A stretch of DNA of 48,751 nt, taken from contig JAFMKE010000002.1 in the NCBI GenBank assembly GCA_017853115.1, positions 1-48,751 on the forward strand, written 5' to 3'. The notes under the pieces were generated by a model that was given only the letters and a program-made list of their open reading frames with translations, ran no database searches and was not told the DNA's origin. How positions within the stretch are numbered: the first letter of the stretch is position 1; each line of letters opens with the position of its first letter. The translations under genes were made by a program, and so were the position numbers. Below, piece by piece: positions 28,872-39,096 of this stretch. The stretch comes from Verrucomicrobiota bacterium. GTDB lineage: Bacteria > Bacteroidota > Bacteroidia > Chitinophagales > UBA8649.

Positions 28872-29900
28872 CTAGTCTATTTCTGTCGTATTCGAGTTTT
28901 TTACTAGCTTTCGCACAAAAAATAAACTAACAAGTAGTAACACGATAAAGCCAATAGCGAATATCCAATTTTCTCGAATGAACTGCTTCAAACGCAATTG
29001 GTTTTTGTCAATAGCCCAAAGATAGGCATACTCTGGATTTAAAGATTCTACCTCATCATAGTATCTAATAGCTTCCGCTTCATTGCCCAAGGCCTTATAG
29101 GACAATGCGAGGTACCACCTGGCATCAATGTGTGAACTATCCAATCGTAGGACCTCCAAGAAATCACCGATGGCTTTTTCAAAGGACTTGAAATCGTAGT
29201 ATGAAATACCCCTGTTGTAGTACAAAATTGGTGATTCAGCAGACAAAAATATCGCTTCCGTATAATCGACAATACTTAAGTCATAGTTTCCCATTTCATG
29301 GTACAAATCCGCCCGCGAAATGTAAGGTGCAATGGCTGACTCATCCAAACGAATAGCTGCAGAATAATCCGATTCCGCTTGCTCATATGCGTCAAGGGCA
29401 TGATGTGCGATTCCTCGATTGTAGTAGTTAACCTGACTATCCGTATTTAAGGTGATGGCTTTATTAAAATACAAGATGGCCGAATCATATTCCTCTTCTT
29501 GTAAATAAACCAGCCCTAAGCCAGTAAAAGCCTTGTCATAGTTGGGGTCTGCACCCAAAACTTTCTTATAATCATTGACGGCACTCGCGACATCTCCCGA
29601 TTCGAAATGTGCTAAAGCACGGTTATAAAGTGCCTCGAAATCATTAGGCTCCAACTTAAGCACCTCCGAAAAATCTTGGATAGCTTCTTGGTATTGTTTT
29701 AATTGAAAATAAGCTAAGCCTCTGTTGAAAAAAGCATTTGGACTTTCATGATCTTCAATAAAAACTGTGTAGAAATCAACGGCATTATCATATTTGCCTC
29801 GTTGATAAGCATCAAATCCCTTGTCAAAGGCATTGATTTGGGCCTGCGTCATAAAGACGAATAAACTCAACAATCCTATGCCAACGATTCGCTTAAGCAT
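28872..29900 (-). CDS. tetratricopeptide-repeat protein with signal peptide and C-terminal TM anchor
   Basis: Signal '[12 protein letters not shown]'. About eight consecutive 34-aa TPR units ('A..YNRG.AY…Y..AI.D').  C-terminal TM '[17 protein letters not shown]'. Overlaps the glyA 3' end by 8 nt. Confidence 0.7.
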   Translation of the reverse strand: MLKRIVGIGLLSLFVFMTQAQINAFDKGFDAYQRGKYDNAVDFYTVFIEDHESPNAFFNRGLAYFQLKQYQEAIQDFSEVLKLEPNDFEALYNRALAHFESGDVASAVNDYKKVLGADPNYDKAFTGLGLVYLQEEEYDSAILYFNKAITLNTDSQVNYYNRGIAHHALDAYEQAESDYSAAIRLDESAIAPYISRADLYHEMGNYDLSIVDYTEAIFLSAESPILYYNRGISYYDFKSFEKAIGDFLEVLRLDSSHIDARWYLALSYKALGNEAEAIRYYDEVESLNPEYAYLWAIDKNQLRLKQFIRENWIFAIGFIVLLLVSLFFVRKLVKNSNTTEID

Positions 29901-31164
29901 ACAAAGGAAAGTTCTTCATATACGCGTTAACCTCACTGCGAATTCGATCGATTGTAGCATCATCTTCAGGGGCTTGAATTAAAGCATCAATCCATTCCAC
30001 AATTTGTAACATGTCGGCTTCTTTCATTCCTCGCGTAGTCACCGCTGGCGTTCCAATACGGATACCCGAAGTAACAAAAGGTGATCGATCATCGAAAGGC
30101 ACCATGTTTTTGTTTACCGTAATATCTGCTTTGCCTAAAGTCTGCTCCGCTAACTTTCCGGTAATATTTTTATTTCTTAAATCGATTAACATCAAGTGGT
30201 TGTCTGTTCCGTCAGAAACCAAATTGTAGCCTTTCTCAACAAATGCTTTTGCCATGGCTTGAGCGTTCTTAATCACTTGAGCGCAATAAACTTTAAAGCT
30301 ATCATCCAGGGCTTCACCAAAAGCCACTGCTTTTGCAGCAATCACATGCTCCAATGGACCACCTTGCGTTCCTGGAAAAACCCCAGAATCCAATAAGGCA
30401 CTCATTTTACGCAGTTCCCCTTTTGGCGTCTTTATCCCCCACGGATTATCAAAGTCTCTACCCATCATAATCACCCCACCTCTCGGTCCACGTAGTGTTT
30501 TATGCGTGGTAGTTGTAACTATATGACAATACGGCAAGGGATTGCTGTGTAAACCACTAGCAACTAAACCAGCAATGTGGCTTATATCACCCAATAATAA
30601 AGCACCCACTTTATCTGCAATTTCTCTAAAACGCTTAAAATCCCAATCGCGCGCATAGGCTGAAGCACCACAAATAATCAGTTTCGGGCGAATAGCCAGT
30701 GCCTTTTCCTCCACCTTATCCATGTCAATACGACCCGTATCCTTTTCCACTCCGTAAAAATGGGGTTGATACAACTTGCCAGAAAAATTCACCGAGGAAC
30801 CATGGGTTAAGTGGCCACCATGCGACAAATCAAAACCTAAAATAGAATCTCCAGCTTCTAATACCGCAAGCATTACTGCAGCGTTCGCCTGGGCCCCACT
30901 ATGTGGCTGTACGTTAGCCCATTCAGCACCAAACAATTGCTTTAACCGCTCACGAGCCAGATCCTCGATGCGGTCTACAACCTCGCAACCACCATAATAA
31001 CGTTTGCCAGGAAGCCCTTCTGCATATTTATTAGTTAAACAAGACCCTGTAGCCTCCATTACCTGAGGGCTGGTAAAATTCTCAGAGGCAATCAGCTCTA
31101 CGCCGTGTTGCTGCCTATGTAATTCATTTTCTATTAAATCGAATACTTGATTATCTCTTTTCAT
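29893..31164 (-). CDS. glyA: serine hydroxymethyltransferase
   Basis: 'ELIASENF', 'YYGGCE' and the PLP-lysine region '[15 protein letters not shown]'. I place the start at ATG 31164 ([10 protein letters not shown]…), because a -7 promoter box lies inside the 14-codon track extension. Confidence 0.95.
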   Translation of the reverse strand: MKRDNQVFDLIENELHRQQHGVELIASENFTSPQVMEATGSCLTNKYAEGLPGKRYYGGCEVVDRIEDLARERLKQLFGAEWANVQPHSGAQANAAVMLAVLEAGDSILGFDLSHGGHLTHGSSVNFSGKLYQPHFYGVEKDTGRIDMDKVEEKALAIRPKLIICGASAYARDWDFKRFREIADKVGALLLGDISHIAGLVASGLHSNPLPYCHIVTTTTHKTLRGPRGGVIMMGRDFDNPWGIKTPKGELRKMSALLDSGVFPGTQGGPLEHVIAAKAVAFGEALDDSFKVYCAQVIKNAQAMAKAFVEKGYNLVSDGTDNHLMLIDLRNKNITGKLAEQTLGKADITVNKNMVPFDDRSPFVTSGIRIGTPAVTTRGMKEADMLQIVEWIDALIQAPEDDATIDRIRSEVNAYMKNFPLYA

Positions 31165-31183
31165 GGTAGTGTTTTCAATAACA

Positions 31184-31191
31184 CAAATATA
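31184..31191 (-). promoter_or_regulatory. candidate -7 promoter box for glyA (TATATTTG on the minus strand)
   Basis: Plus-strand CAAATATA is an exact TAnnTTTG match on the coding strand, 20 nt upstream of ATG 31164. Confidence 0.5.
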
Positions 31192-31395
31192 ATCGCACAG
31201 GGCCATTCGGAAGGGGAAAATTAAGGAGGGTTTTCAACATACATGGAATTGCTTTCAGACGCCAGAATATCCTAAAAATGATATTACCTTTACATCGATT
31301 TCAAAGGTGCTTAAACAGGTCTTTAATTATAGAGCAGCGTTAGCCTAAAATTTTTCATTATTTTTAGCCTTGCTGAATAGAAACCCACAATCTTT

Positions 31396-32811
31396 ATGAA
31401 AAAAATCATACCGTTTTTCTTATTTGCTTCAACACTTTTTTTTGTCCAAGCACAAGAAATTTGGAGCTTTGAAGATTGCGTCAGTTATGCGCTGGAAAAC
31501 AATATCAACATCAATCAATCGAAACTGAGTACAGACTTCGCGGCAAATAATGTCCTCCAAAACAAAATGGATATTTACAGCCCAAATATCAATGTGAATG
31601 TAACCGAAGGGTTCAATTTCGCCAACTCCGTGGATCCATTGACTTTCAACTTCGTTCAGCAGAACACCAACTCCACAACAATGGGCTTGTTTATTGACTT
31701 TAATTTATTTCAAGGTTTAAGTCGAATGATGAATCTAAAAGCCTCGGCTTTAGAGCTTGATGCTACTCAATTAGATCAATTGGAATTAGAGAACTCCACG
31801 CGTTTAATCATTGCAAATAATTACCTGAACGCCATGTTGGCTAAAGAGGCTTTGCAGATAGCACAAGACCAGCGAGTACTTACTCAAAATCAATACAAAA
31901 ACACGCTAGAATTGGTGAAAGTTGGCGTTTTAGCCAAAGGAGACCAATACGAAGTTGAGGCACAAATGGCCAACGATGAAGTGAATGTTATTACCGCCGA
32001 AAACAACCTCGAATTGGCTTTGAATCAAATTAAGTTTGTCCTTCAACTTGACCCCTTCCAAGAAATTGATATTGTAGGTCTACCCAACATGGATATTGAT
32101 GTAGATGCGAATATGACGGATGTATCCATTCTTGCTGAAAACGCGCTCCATCTGTTACCTAACGTGAAAAGTGCTGAACTAAGGAAGAGGGCAGCCGAGT
32201 TTCAACTCAAAGCAGCCAAGGGCAGTTTATCTCCCAGCATTTCTCTTTCAGGATATTTAGGAAGCAACTACTTTAGTGCCGCTCAACAACAAGTAGGCGA
32301 AACTACTGTAACTACCCCCATAGGCTTTGTCAGTGGTTCAAATGATTTGGTTATATCTTCTTTCCAGCAACCCATTTTTGGAGATAAATCATTTGGCATG
32401 CAGGTGGGAGATAACCTCAATCAAAACGTTCGGATTAATTTGAATATTCCAATTTTTGGCAAATGGCAAAGAATGATAGCCATTAACAACGCAAAATTGG
32501 CTGTTAAACAATCTGAGTACGATATTCAAAGCAAACAAAACACCTTGAATCAAGATATTTTCAATGCCCAAACCAGTTTAAAGGCTGCATCCAAGCAATT
32601 TTTAGCAAGTGAGAAAAGTATGGAAGCAGCAAGTATAGCTTTCACTTATGCAGAGGAAAAATTTAAGTTTGGCGTAATCAATACTTACGAGTTTGAAACC
32701 GCGAAAAATAGATTAGTAGCTGCTCAAACGAATCTGGCACAAGCGAAGTTTGAATACTTGTTCAGGCATGCAATTATTAATTTTTATAAAACGGGCGAAC
32801 TAAGCTTCTAA
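31396..32811 (+). CDS. TolC family outer-membrane efflux protein
   Basis: Signal peptide (…FFVQAQ). Two-fold repeated OEP architecture: 'SFEDCVSYALENNINI', 'NYLNAMLAKEAL', 'AKFEYLF'. Confidence 0.85.
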   Translation: MKKIIPFFLFASTLFFVQAQEIWSFEDCVSYALENNININQSKLSTDFAANNVLQNKMDIYSPNINVNVTEGFNFANSVDPLTFNFVQQNTNSTTMGLFIDFNLFQGLSRMMNLKASALELDATQLDQLELENSTRLIIANNYLNAMLAKEALQIAQDQRVLTQNQYKNTLELVKVGVLAKGDQYEVEAQMANDEVNVITAENNLELALNQIKFVLQLDPFQEIDIVGLPNMDIDVDANMTDVSILAENALHLLPNVKSAELRKRAAEFQLKAAKGSLSPSISLSGYLGSNYFSAAQQQVGETTVTTPIGFVSGSNDLVISSFQQPIFGDKSFGMQVGDNLNQNVRINLNIPIFGKWQRMIAINNAKLAVKQSEYDIQSKQNTLNQDIFNAQTSLKAASKQFLASEKSMEAASIAFTYAEEKFKFGVINTYEFETAKNRLVAAQTNLAQAKFEYLFRHAIINFYKTGELSF

Positions 32812-32822
32812 TCCACAAAGCA

Positions 32823-34097
32823 ATGAGTAAAAAATTATTAGTCATAATCAGTGTTGTTTTTATTCTTCTTGTGAGCATAGCTATAGCCTTTAAAAAGAAG
32901 TTTAGCGACCGAAACGCAAGCATAGTGGTGGTAGAGCAAGCACAATTCCGAAGCCTTACAGAATCGGTTAGCGCGAATGGTAAAATTTACCCTTTCAAAG
33001 AAGTTAAACTTAGCTTGGAGTTGCCCGGAGAAGTGAGTAATATATACATTCAAGAAGGGGATTCTGTAGTGAATGGTGATTTACTATTGGAGATTGAAGC
33101 CGACAATTATATTGCCTCAGTTTCTCAATCCAACGCGGCCTACAACCAAGCCTTAGCAAACTTATCTACTTCTAAAGCCAGGTTAAGTCAGGCGGAAGCC
33201 CAATTTAAAATCATTGAAACCGACTATAATCGCAAAAAACAATTATTCGAAAATGAGATAATATCAGCCGTCGAATATGAGGCTAGTCAAAGTCAATACT
33301 TCACTGCCCTCGGTGAAAAAGAGGCCGCCTTTCAAGCTGTTGAAGCTGGTAAGTATCAGGTTCAAAGTGCCCAAGCGGGGCTTCAACAAACACAAGAGAA
33401 TTTAAGTAGAACGAGGCTTTATGCACCTATGGATGGCATCATTTCCAAACTTAATGTAGAAAAAGGCGAAAAAGTAGTAGGTACAGCTCAAATGGCTGGA
33501 ACCGAGCTTGTAACTGTTGCCGATTTTAAGGAAATGGAATTAAAAATTGAGGTGGGAGAAAACGAAGTCTTACAAATTAGCAAAGGAGATACCGCCCTTA
33601 TAGAAGTTGACGCCTATTTAGGCGAAGAGATATTAGGCCTTGTTAATCAAGTTGCCTATTCTTCCAATGCATTAATTGATCAGCAAGTAACAAAGTTTGA
33701 AGTAAAAATTACACTCATCAAAAGTAGCTATGAGAAACTAATCACTGAAGAGCGTTTATTGCCTTTTAGACCAGGCATGTCAGCTACAGCCGAAGTAATT
33801 ACCCAGCGTAAAGACCATATTTTGTGTGTGCCGATTCAATGTGTGACCTTAAGGGACCTCAATGAAGAAGATGACTTTGAAGAAAAAACACCGGTAGTGT
33901 TTGTCCATAAAGACGGACAAGTATTTTTAAAAGAAGTCACAACAGGAATTCAAGACGATACGTACATTGAAATTCTTGACGGCATCGAAGAAGGTGAAGA
34001 AGTCGTAAGTGCTCCGTTCAAAGCAATTTCCAAGGAACTTGAAAATGAGAAACTGGTTAAGGTCGTAAGCGAGGATGAGCTATATGAAGAGAGATAG
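32823..34097 (+). CDS. efflux transporter periplasmic adaptor subunit (HlyD/MacA-like MFP)
   Basis: N-terminal TM, lipoyl half-motifs ('GEVSNIYIQEGDSVVNGDLLLEIE' and 'LYAPMDGIISKLNVEKGEKV') flanking a long coiled-coil hairpin, then beta-barrel/MP domains. Confidence 0.85.
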   Translation: MSKKLLVIISVVFILLVSIAIAFKKKFSDRNASIVVVEQAQFRSLTESVSANGKIYPFKEVKLSLELPGEVSNIYIQEGDSVVNGDLLLEIEADNYIASVSQSNAAYNQALANLSTSKARLSQAEAQFKIIETDYNRKKQLFENEIISAVEYEASQSQYFTALGEKEAAFQAVEAGKYQVQSAQAGLQQTQENLSRTRLYAPMDGIISKLNVEKGEKVVGTAQMAGTELVTVADFKEMELKIEVGENEVLQISKGDTALIEVDAYLGEEILGLVNQVAYSSNALIDQQVTKFEVKITLIKSSYEKLITEERLLPFRPGMSATAEVITQRKDHILCVPIQCVTLRDLNEEDDFEEKTPVVFVHKDGQVFLKEVTTGIQDDTYIEILDGIEEGEEVVSAPFKAISKELENEKLVKVVSEDELYEER

Positions 34098-34180
34098 TTC
34101 AAAAGCCAAGTACTCTAGACACTTTACTTAGTTGTGAAAATATTCGGGCAACTTAAGCTTAATATACTTTCTGCAATTGG

Positions 34181-36100
34181 ATGTTCATGAAGAGATTTTT
34201 TATCATATTCTTTAGTTTGCTTGCAAGCACATCCAGCTCTTTTGGACAATCTTTCCTTAAAAATATTGGCAATCCGGCAATAGATGATGGAGCTACATGC
34301 ATGACCATGGCCCAAGACCAGGTTTTTGTGGCTGGTTATTCCGGAAAGGAATGCTATATCGCTATGCTTGAATTAAACGGCGAACTGATTTGGAAAAAGT
34401 ATTTTACCTTCTCTGAACATCGCAATTTCATCAGCGATATGCTTGTAGAAGAAGATTACTTGGTTTTTTGCGGCTACGGGCACAATGCGGGCACCGATGT
34501 TTTTGATGAGTTTTTTGTGCGCTATGATTATGTTAATCACCAAGTAGATTGGGCTAGAAAAACTGCCCTAAACATAAAACCCAATAATATTCACCCGTAT
34601 GATGATGGATATATTGTTACGGGAGACGAATATGCTAAAGGAAAATTTGGTTTAAGCTTTTTTAAGTTGCAATCCAAAAATGGACGGGTAAATGACTTTA
34701 CCACTTGGTATTATATGGGCCACGAAAGTGCCTCACATTCAGCAATTATCAATGACATTATTTATGTGGGGGGGCGATATGGCCTGAAGCCTCGGACAGA
34801 TAAATACCGGGCCTCACTTTCCCAATTCAAAACAAGCGACTTTTCTCAAATACAGAGCAATTACTTTTTGAATTCAAAACAAGATGAAGCAAGGGCCTAT
34901 TTGAGTGACTTCTTTTTGCGGGATGATACTATTATTGCAGCATGCTATAGCAATAATAAAGGCATAGATAATCAATATAGTTTAAGTTTAATTAGCACAC
35001 TCCTAGATGGCACGGTCAATTGGTCCTACGAATACCGGCTTCCTAATTTTTCAAGCCTGACCTCAAGAGATATTTTACCTGTAGAGGATGGTTTTTATGT
35101 CTTTGGTATTACAAAATCGCCCGAAGAACAAATCTTGCTCGCAAAATTTGGCTTTGATGGTTATTTGAAAAATGCGCAACTGTTCGGTGCAGGATATAAC
35201 GACAATGTATTCATGGATCAAGGATCGTTCATTGCGGCACACAAAGGAAGTATATACTTGGCTGCTCAAACCAAAAACCTGAGTGCTATGGGCGATTATG
35301 ATAGTTTTCTCATGCGATTGAAGGAAGGAGAAACTTCAGACAATGCTTGTTCCTTGATAACCGCAGTCGCGCTGGATATGTACGGCTATGAAGAATTTAT
35401 TGAAGGCACCCTAAATCTGCTTGAATACGACACCAGCTTCAAAGAGATGAACATCGCTTATGAACAATTATCATCTAAACTTGAAATAGATGATTACATC
35501 TGCCAGCAAAACATACTTGAAGAGGAAGAAAAACAAGCGATTTCGTTTGAAAACATTGCATTCAATAATACCGTGTTTCTTATGGATGCTTCCTTATCTA
35601 TGAATCGTCCGGATCGGATGCCAATACTGAAAAAGTCATTGTATCGGCTATTGAAATTTATGCGATCAGAGGATAAAATATCGGCCATACAATTTGCGGA
35701 TAAAGCCGAGGTAATTGCAGACGCAATCAGTGCAGCAAATATGGATGAAATCAAATTGAAGATTGATAAGCTCTCATCTACTGGACAGTCAGATATTATT
35801 GCCGGCTTACAGCTGGGTTACGAACTGGCTAAGAAGCATTTTTCACCGGAGGCAAACAACAGAATTATTATCACTACGGATGGTGATTTATCATTTGATA
35901 CCCAAGATAAACTCCGCACATTTTTGAATAAGAAGCGTGACGAAAATATCGTTTTTACCATCTTGTTGTTCAACAATTCCAGTATCTATTATCAGCAATT
36001 GCAACAAATAGCCGATGAAGTGGACAGCCAAATTTTCGTGGTTAATCCAGAAAACATTGAAGAGATTCTTTTAAATGAATTCCGCGCAAAAAAACAATAA
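34181..36100 (+). CDS. secreted protein with an N-terminal beta-propeller-like repeat region and a C-terminal von Willebrand factor A domain
   Basis: Signal peptide (…SSSFGQS). About seven loosely repeated 'hydrophobic-strand-G-Y/F…G…W' units. The C-terminal VWA has an intact MIDAS ('VFLMDASLSM', 'STGQSD', 'IIITTDGD'). Confidence 0.7.
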   Translation: MFMKRFFIIFFSLLASTSSSFGQSFLKNIGNPAIDDGATCMTMAQDQVFVAGYSGKECYIAMLELNGELIWKKYFTFSEHRNFISDMLVEEDYLVFCGYGHNAGTDVFDEFFVRYDYVNHQVDWARKTALNIKPNNIHPYDDGYIVTGDEYAKGKFGLSFFKLQSKNGRVNDFTTWYYMGHESASHSAIINDIIYVGGRYGLKPRTDKYRASLSQFKTSDFSQIQSNYFLNSKQDEARAYLSDFFLRDDTIIAACYSNNKGIDNQYSLSLISTLLDGTVNWSYEYRLPNFSSLTSRDILPVEDGFYVFGITKSPEEQILLAKFGFDGYLKNAQLFGAGYNDNVFMDQGSFIAAHKGSIYLAAQTKNLSAMGDYDSFLMRLKEGETSDNACSLITAVALDMYGYEEFIEGTLNLLEYDTSFKEMNIAYEQLSSKLEIDDYICQQNILEEEEKQAISFENIAFNNTVFLMDASLSMNRPDRMPILKKSLYRLLKFMRSEDKISAIQFADKAEVIADAISAANMDEIKLKIDKLSSTGQSDIIAGLQLGYELAKKHFSPEANNRIIITTDGDLSFDTQDKLRTFLNKKRDENIVFTILLFNNSSIYYQQLQQIADEVDSQIFVVNPENIEEILLNEFRAKKQ

Positions 36101-36147
36101 ATGAACTGAAACCAAGTCTTTGGTGTTTCATTCAAAAAATTATCATT

Positions 36148-36462
36148 GTGGCAATAACTAAAGTAAGCGATTCAAACTTCGAGGAGCATTTAGCTCAAAA
36201 TGAAAAAGTAATTGTAAAATATTATGCAGGCTGGTGTGGCTCCTGTCGACTCATTGCGCCCAAATTCAACAAACTAGCCGAAAAAGAAGAAAATGCAGGT
36301 ATCACTTTTCTTGATGTCGATGCGGAGAAAAGTCCCTTGGCCAGAGGCTTAGCTAAGGTGAACAACTTACCTTTTTTTGCTGCTTTCAAAAATGGCGAAC
36401 TTGTTGAAGGTTTCCCCAGTTCAAGAATTGAAGCCGTTGATGATTTAATCAAAAAGTTGTAA
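36148..36462 (+). CDS. thioredoxin family protein with a CGSC active site
   Basis: 104 aa. 'KYYAGWCGSCRLIAPKF' sits where the Trx WCGPC motif is expected. GTG start. Confidence 0.8.
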   Translation: MAITKVSDSNFEEHLAQNEKVIVKYYAGWCGSCRLIAPKFNKLAEKEENAGITFLDVDAEKSPLARGLAKVNNLPFFAAFKNGELVEGFPSSRIEAVDDLIKKL

Positions 36463-36463
36463 G

Positions 36464-36709
36464 ATGAAAATTCCAGCAATTAAAAAAATTATCGAGGCCA
36501 ATTACACTCTAGACATGCTAGATGCAGCCGAGGAAGCGCTAATCAATGAGGAGCAACCATCAATTCAAATTGAAGGGGAAGATGACGGCGAGCAGCTTAC
36601 GCATATTTTTGCGGCCAAATGGATTATTGTGTACATGCAGGAGACAGGTAGTGATTTTAAAACTTCCTTGCGAGCCTATACCCAGAAAGTTAGAAACTCG
36701 ATTTCTTAA
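36464..36709 (+). CDS. small acidic protein, function unknown
   Basis: 81-aa ORF whose ATG lies 1 nt after the thioredoxin stop, suggesting translational coupling. Acidic N-terminal half. No family recognised with confidence. Confidence 0.45.
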   Translation: MKIPAIKKIIEANYTLDMLDAAEEALINEEQPSIQIEGEDDGEQLTHIFAAKWIIVYMQETGSDFKTSLRAYTQKVRNSIS

Positions 36710-37325
36710 AAGTAAGCACCCACATACCCCTTAAATCGCCAGCTTCATACCCCAATGCTTGATCATTCGGGTAGAGCTCCTCTAACTTTTTAGCTGCTTT
36801 CTTGTTAAGCGTTTCTCCTTTAATTCCATGACAAGCGGTGCACTTATCCATCAGATATATAGGATGGTAATATTTATAAACCCCATCTACTTTACTTAAT
36901 TCGCCTTCACATACTTCTCCCTGATTGTGTTGAGAAGCATAATACGCGAGAATCAATTCCTCATCTTTTGTGGGTTCATTATTCGGATTGCGCAGTTTAA
37001 GCGATGTTCGCTTAATATCTACACCATATTCTGAAGCCAAATCCTTTACCAAGCGATTAGCATTCAGATTACAGTAGCCAATTGCGTCTTTAATACCAGC
37101 AGTATCTATAGTTGCGCTTAGCGCAGTCAATAGTGTAGCCCCAGCCTGACCAATAACTTCCATGGCAACCGGTTGTACCAAATCAATATCTGGCACCTTA
37201 TGCATCTCCTCCGTGCCTTCTTCACTTAGAACGGGAGCATCTGAAACACATCCCAACACCAGAAGGCAGCTCATGATACTTAAGACGATAACTCTATTGA
37301 ACGGATAGTAACTTTTTATATTCAT
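36690..37325 (-). CDS. lipoprotein with a single c-type heme site (DUF3365 / Tll0287-like domain)
   Basis: Lipobox 'LLVLGCVS'. One CxxCH motif ('KCTACHG') near the C-terminus, as in DUF3365 proteins. The start is ambiguous: ATG 37325 overlaps the S41 gene by 32 nt, and ATG 37274 is the alternative. Confidence 0.6.
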   Translation of the reverse strand: MNIKSYYPFNRVIVLSIMSCLLVLGCVSDAPVLSEEGTEEMHKVPDIDLVQPVAMEVIGQAGATLLTALSATIDTAGIKDAIGYCNLNANRLVKDLASEYGVDIKRTSLKLRNPNNEPTKDEELILAYYASQHNQGEVCEGELSKVDGVYKYYHPIYLMDKCTACHGIKGETLNKKAAKKLEELYPNDQALGYEAGDLRGMWVLTFKKSSF

Positions 37326-38964
37326 TAGGGTTTTGAATTAGTTCTACAGCTTTAGCCACTTCCACATCATAGACAAAACTATTTTGAATGGCCCCTTTAC
37401 GATAAAAGTAACGCGTTACGATTTCATTTTCTAACAAGCGCTTTATTTCATCACTCTGTTTGATTAAATCATTCTTTTTGTCTGAGTAAATTTTGCTTTC
37501 TAAAGCTTTGAATTCTGCCTCAATGGCATCAAAGTATTCTTCTTCTTCAGCTACCTCTTTAAACTCGGCGAGCATCGACTCACTTTCTGTAGAATATTCA
37601 TAATCTTTATCTTGAACCCAAGCGACAAAATCAGCATATTCGGTGTCGTTTACTCTAAAATCTATACCATCTCTCAAGTCGGGATTATTTAGTTTATAGA
37701 TGGTTGCATAATCAAAAATTAAATCTTTTCGACTTAGGCTCACAGACACATCGGACAAATATTCGACCTCAGTAGCTACATCAGGGTCAATTCCTCCACC
37801 ATCGTATACCACACGACCGTTTCTTGTCTGAAACTCGACTTTCAATGAATCAGGAATTCTTTTCACCGCACCATCTTCATCTTTTTCAGCATAGTTAATA
37901 GCTTGAATACAACGGCCACTTGGGATGTAATACTTAGCCGTGGTTACCTTAAGTTGTGTATTGTAAGTTAATTTACGCGTTGTTTGCACTAGGCCCTTTC
38001 CAAAGGTTTTTTGCCCCACAACTACCCCTCTGTCTAAATCTTGCACCGCACCACTTACAATCTCAGACGCGGAGGCAGAACCCCTATTGGTCAAGACCAC
38101 AAGAGGTAATTCTGTATCTAAAGGTTCATTAATTGTTTTGAAATCTTTGTCCCATTCTTCTACCTTACCCTTAGTAAAAACCACTAATTCACCCTTGTCA
38201 ATAAATACATTCGTAATGTTTACGGCCTCGTGCAAAAGCCCTCCAGGATTTCCGCGAAGATCCAGCACTAGGCCCTTCAAATTGGGATGTTCATTTTTTA
38301 ATTCCTTAAAGGCATCTTCCACTTCTTTTCCTGCTTGTTGAGTGAAATTGCTCAATTTGATATATGCAATATCATTTTCCACCAAGCCATAGAATGGAAC
38401 ATTATTCACCTTCACTTCTTCGCGGGTAATTTCAAGCACCATTGCCTTATCACTCCCATCTAACTGGGGGCGAAGTATCTCAACACTAATGGAGGTTCCT
38501 GGTTCGCCTTTCAAGAATTTTGAAACCTCTTCAGAAGTTTTGCCCTTAACTAAATTCCCATCTACAGCGAAAATCTTATCGCCTGCGATTAACCCGGATT
38601 TGTCTGCAGGATATCCTTCATAAGGTTCTGAGATAACTATGAAATCCTCGTCTTGCTTGATTAAAGATCCAATACCTCCATATTTCCCTGTCGTTTCAAA
38701 ACGATAGTTTTCTATTTCCGCTTCTGAATAAAAGTTAGTGTAGGGGTCTAAAGACAGCAGCATGGCGTCTATCCCCTCCTGCATGAATTCATTAGGATCT
38801 ATATCATCGACATAATAGGTGTTTAACTCTTTGTAGAGCGTAGCAAAAATTTCTAAGTTTTTCGAAATCTCAAAATACTCCGTAGTTAACGATGTGGCAG
38901 CAATGCCAATTGAACCAAGGAAGACCACCACCAGGATCCAACGCAATTTTTTCCAAAACTTCAT
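37294..38964 (-). CDS. S41 family carboxy-terminal processing peptidase with PDZ domain
   Basis: N-terminal TM (MKFWKKLRWILVVVFLG), PDZ domain ('GGIGSLI…PADKSGLIAGDKIFAVDG'), catalytic 'GSASASEI' Ser and 'TFGKGLVQ' Lys. The track start (TTG 39033) is possible but ATG 38964 is preferred. Confidence 0.88.
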   Translation of the reverse strand: MKFWKKLRWILVVVFLGSIGIAATSLTTEYFEISKNLEIFATLYKELNTYYVDDIDPNEFMQEGIDAMLLSLDPYTNFYSEAEIENYRFETTGKYGGIGSLIKQDEDFIVISEPYEGYPADKSGLIAGDKIFAVDGNLVKGKTSEEVSKFLKGEPGTSISVEILRPQLDGSDKAMVLEITREEVKVNNVPFYGLVENDIAYIKLSNFTQQAGKEVEDAFKELKNEHPNLKGLVLDLRGNPGGLLHEAVNITNVFIDKGELVVFTKGKVEEWDKDFKTINEPLDTELPLVVLTNRGSASASEIVSGAVQDLDRGVVVGQKTFGKGLVQTTRKLTYNTQLKVTTAKYYIPSGRCIQAINYAEKDEDGAVKRIPDSLKVEFQTRNGRVVYDGGGIDPDVATEVEYLSDVSVSLSRKDLIFDYATIYKLNNPDLRDGIDFRVNDTEYADFVAWVQDKDYEYSTESESMLAEFKEVAEEEEYFDAIEAEFKALESKIYSDKKNDLIKQSDEIKRLLENEIVTRYFYRKGAIQNSFVYDVEVAKAVELIQNPNEYKKLLSVQ

Positions 38965-39096
38965 ATACCAATGATTTAATGATTCGGCGAAATCTTTATT
39001 CTTTTCAATTTCGCTTCTACTGTTAACGTCCAAAGTTAGAAGAAGTTGTCACTTTTGAACGTATTTTATTCTCCGCCCAAACTGATTTAACAAAAC

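Noticed and set aside
31165-31206. 14-codon N-terminal extension of glyA in the ORF track ([14 protein letters not shown]-).
   Set aside because: The extension is not SHMT-like. A TAnnTTTG promoter box (31184..31191) lies inside it. The conserved SHMT N-terminus begins at [11 protein letters not shown] (ATG 31164).
36106-36130. Imperfect hairpin (TGAAACCAAG-tc-TTTGGTGTTTCA) after the VWA gene as an intrinsic terminator.
   Set aside because: The stem has a bulge and is followed by an A-rich tract, not a T-rich one. It may still act as a 3' end signal, but it is too weak to list as a feature.
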